From the IMG/VR virus record IMGVR_UViG_3300025870_000011, positions 5,780-69,779 of that record: 64,000 bases of DNA; one strand, written 5' to 3'. The notes beneath the pieces are model-generated. The model searched no databases and had not been told where the DNA came from. It was given only the letters and a program-made list of their open reading frames with translations. Below are positions 63,999 to 64,000 of the stretch, piece after piece (position 1 is the stretch's first letter; every line of letters starts with the position of its first letter). A program made the translations under genes and the position numbers. The DNA comes from a virus.

Positions 63999-64000
63999 AT

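Overview
A 64-kb slice of a tailed dsDNA virus genome (Caudoviricetes, siphovirus-like). It probably infects an archaeon: GGTGA/GGAGG SD sites, TATA-like boxes, a zinc-ribbon portal, PIP-box-like tails and a partial MCM-like ATPase all fit, and the gene set resembles Marine Group II (Poseidoniales) 'magroviruses'. That assignment is from recall, not a search. Layout: 1-7.4 kb accessory enzyme array (three GNATs, HTH/Zn protein, ParB-like, C5 methyltransferase, Gp88-like, Dam-like); 7.9-11.7 kb RHH / membrane protein / small GTPase operon; 11.7-32.1 kb packaging and head (TerS candidate, large disordered proteins, TerL, portal, ligase-domain protein, HK97 protease, MCP); 32-58 kb neck and tail (adaptor, tail tube, frameshifted chaperones, tape measure, giant LamG-containing proteins); 58.8-64 kb convergent minus-strand block. 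The most striking unexplained pattern is a short peptide tag, F-x-x-[AST]-W-x(2,3)-hydrophobic-K and close variants, found about 12 times on unrelated proteins, mostly at their N-termini. It ends in the same hydrophobic-hydrophobic-Lys motif that follows the N-terminal segments of the MCP and prohead protease. I infer a capsid-targeting and maturation-cleavage system that loads DNA- and protein-modifying enzymes into the virion.
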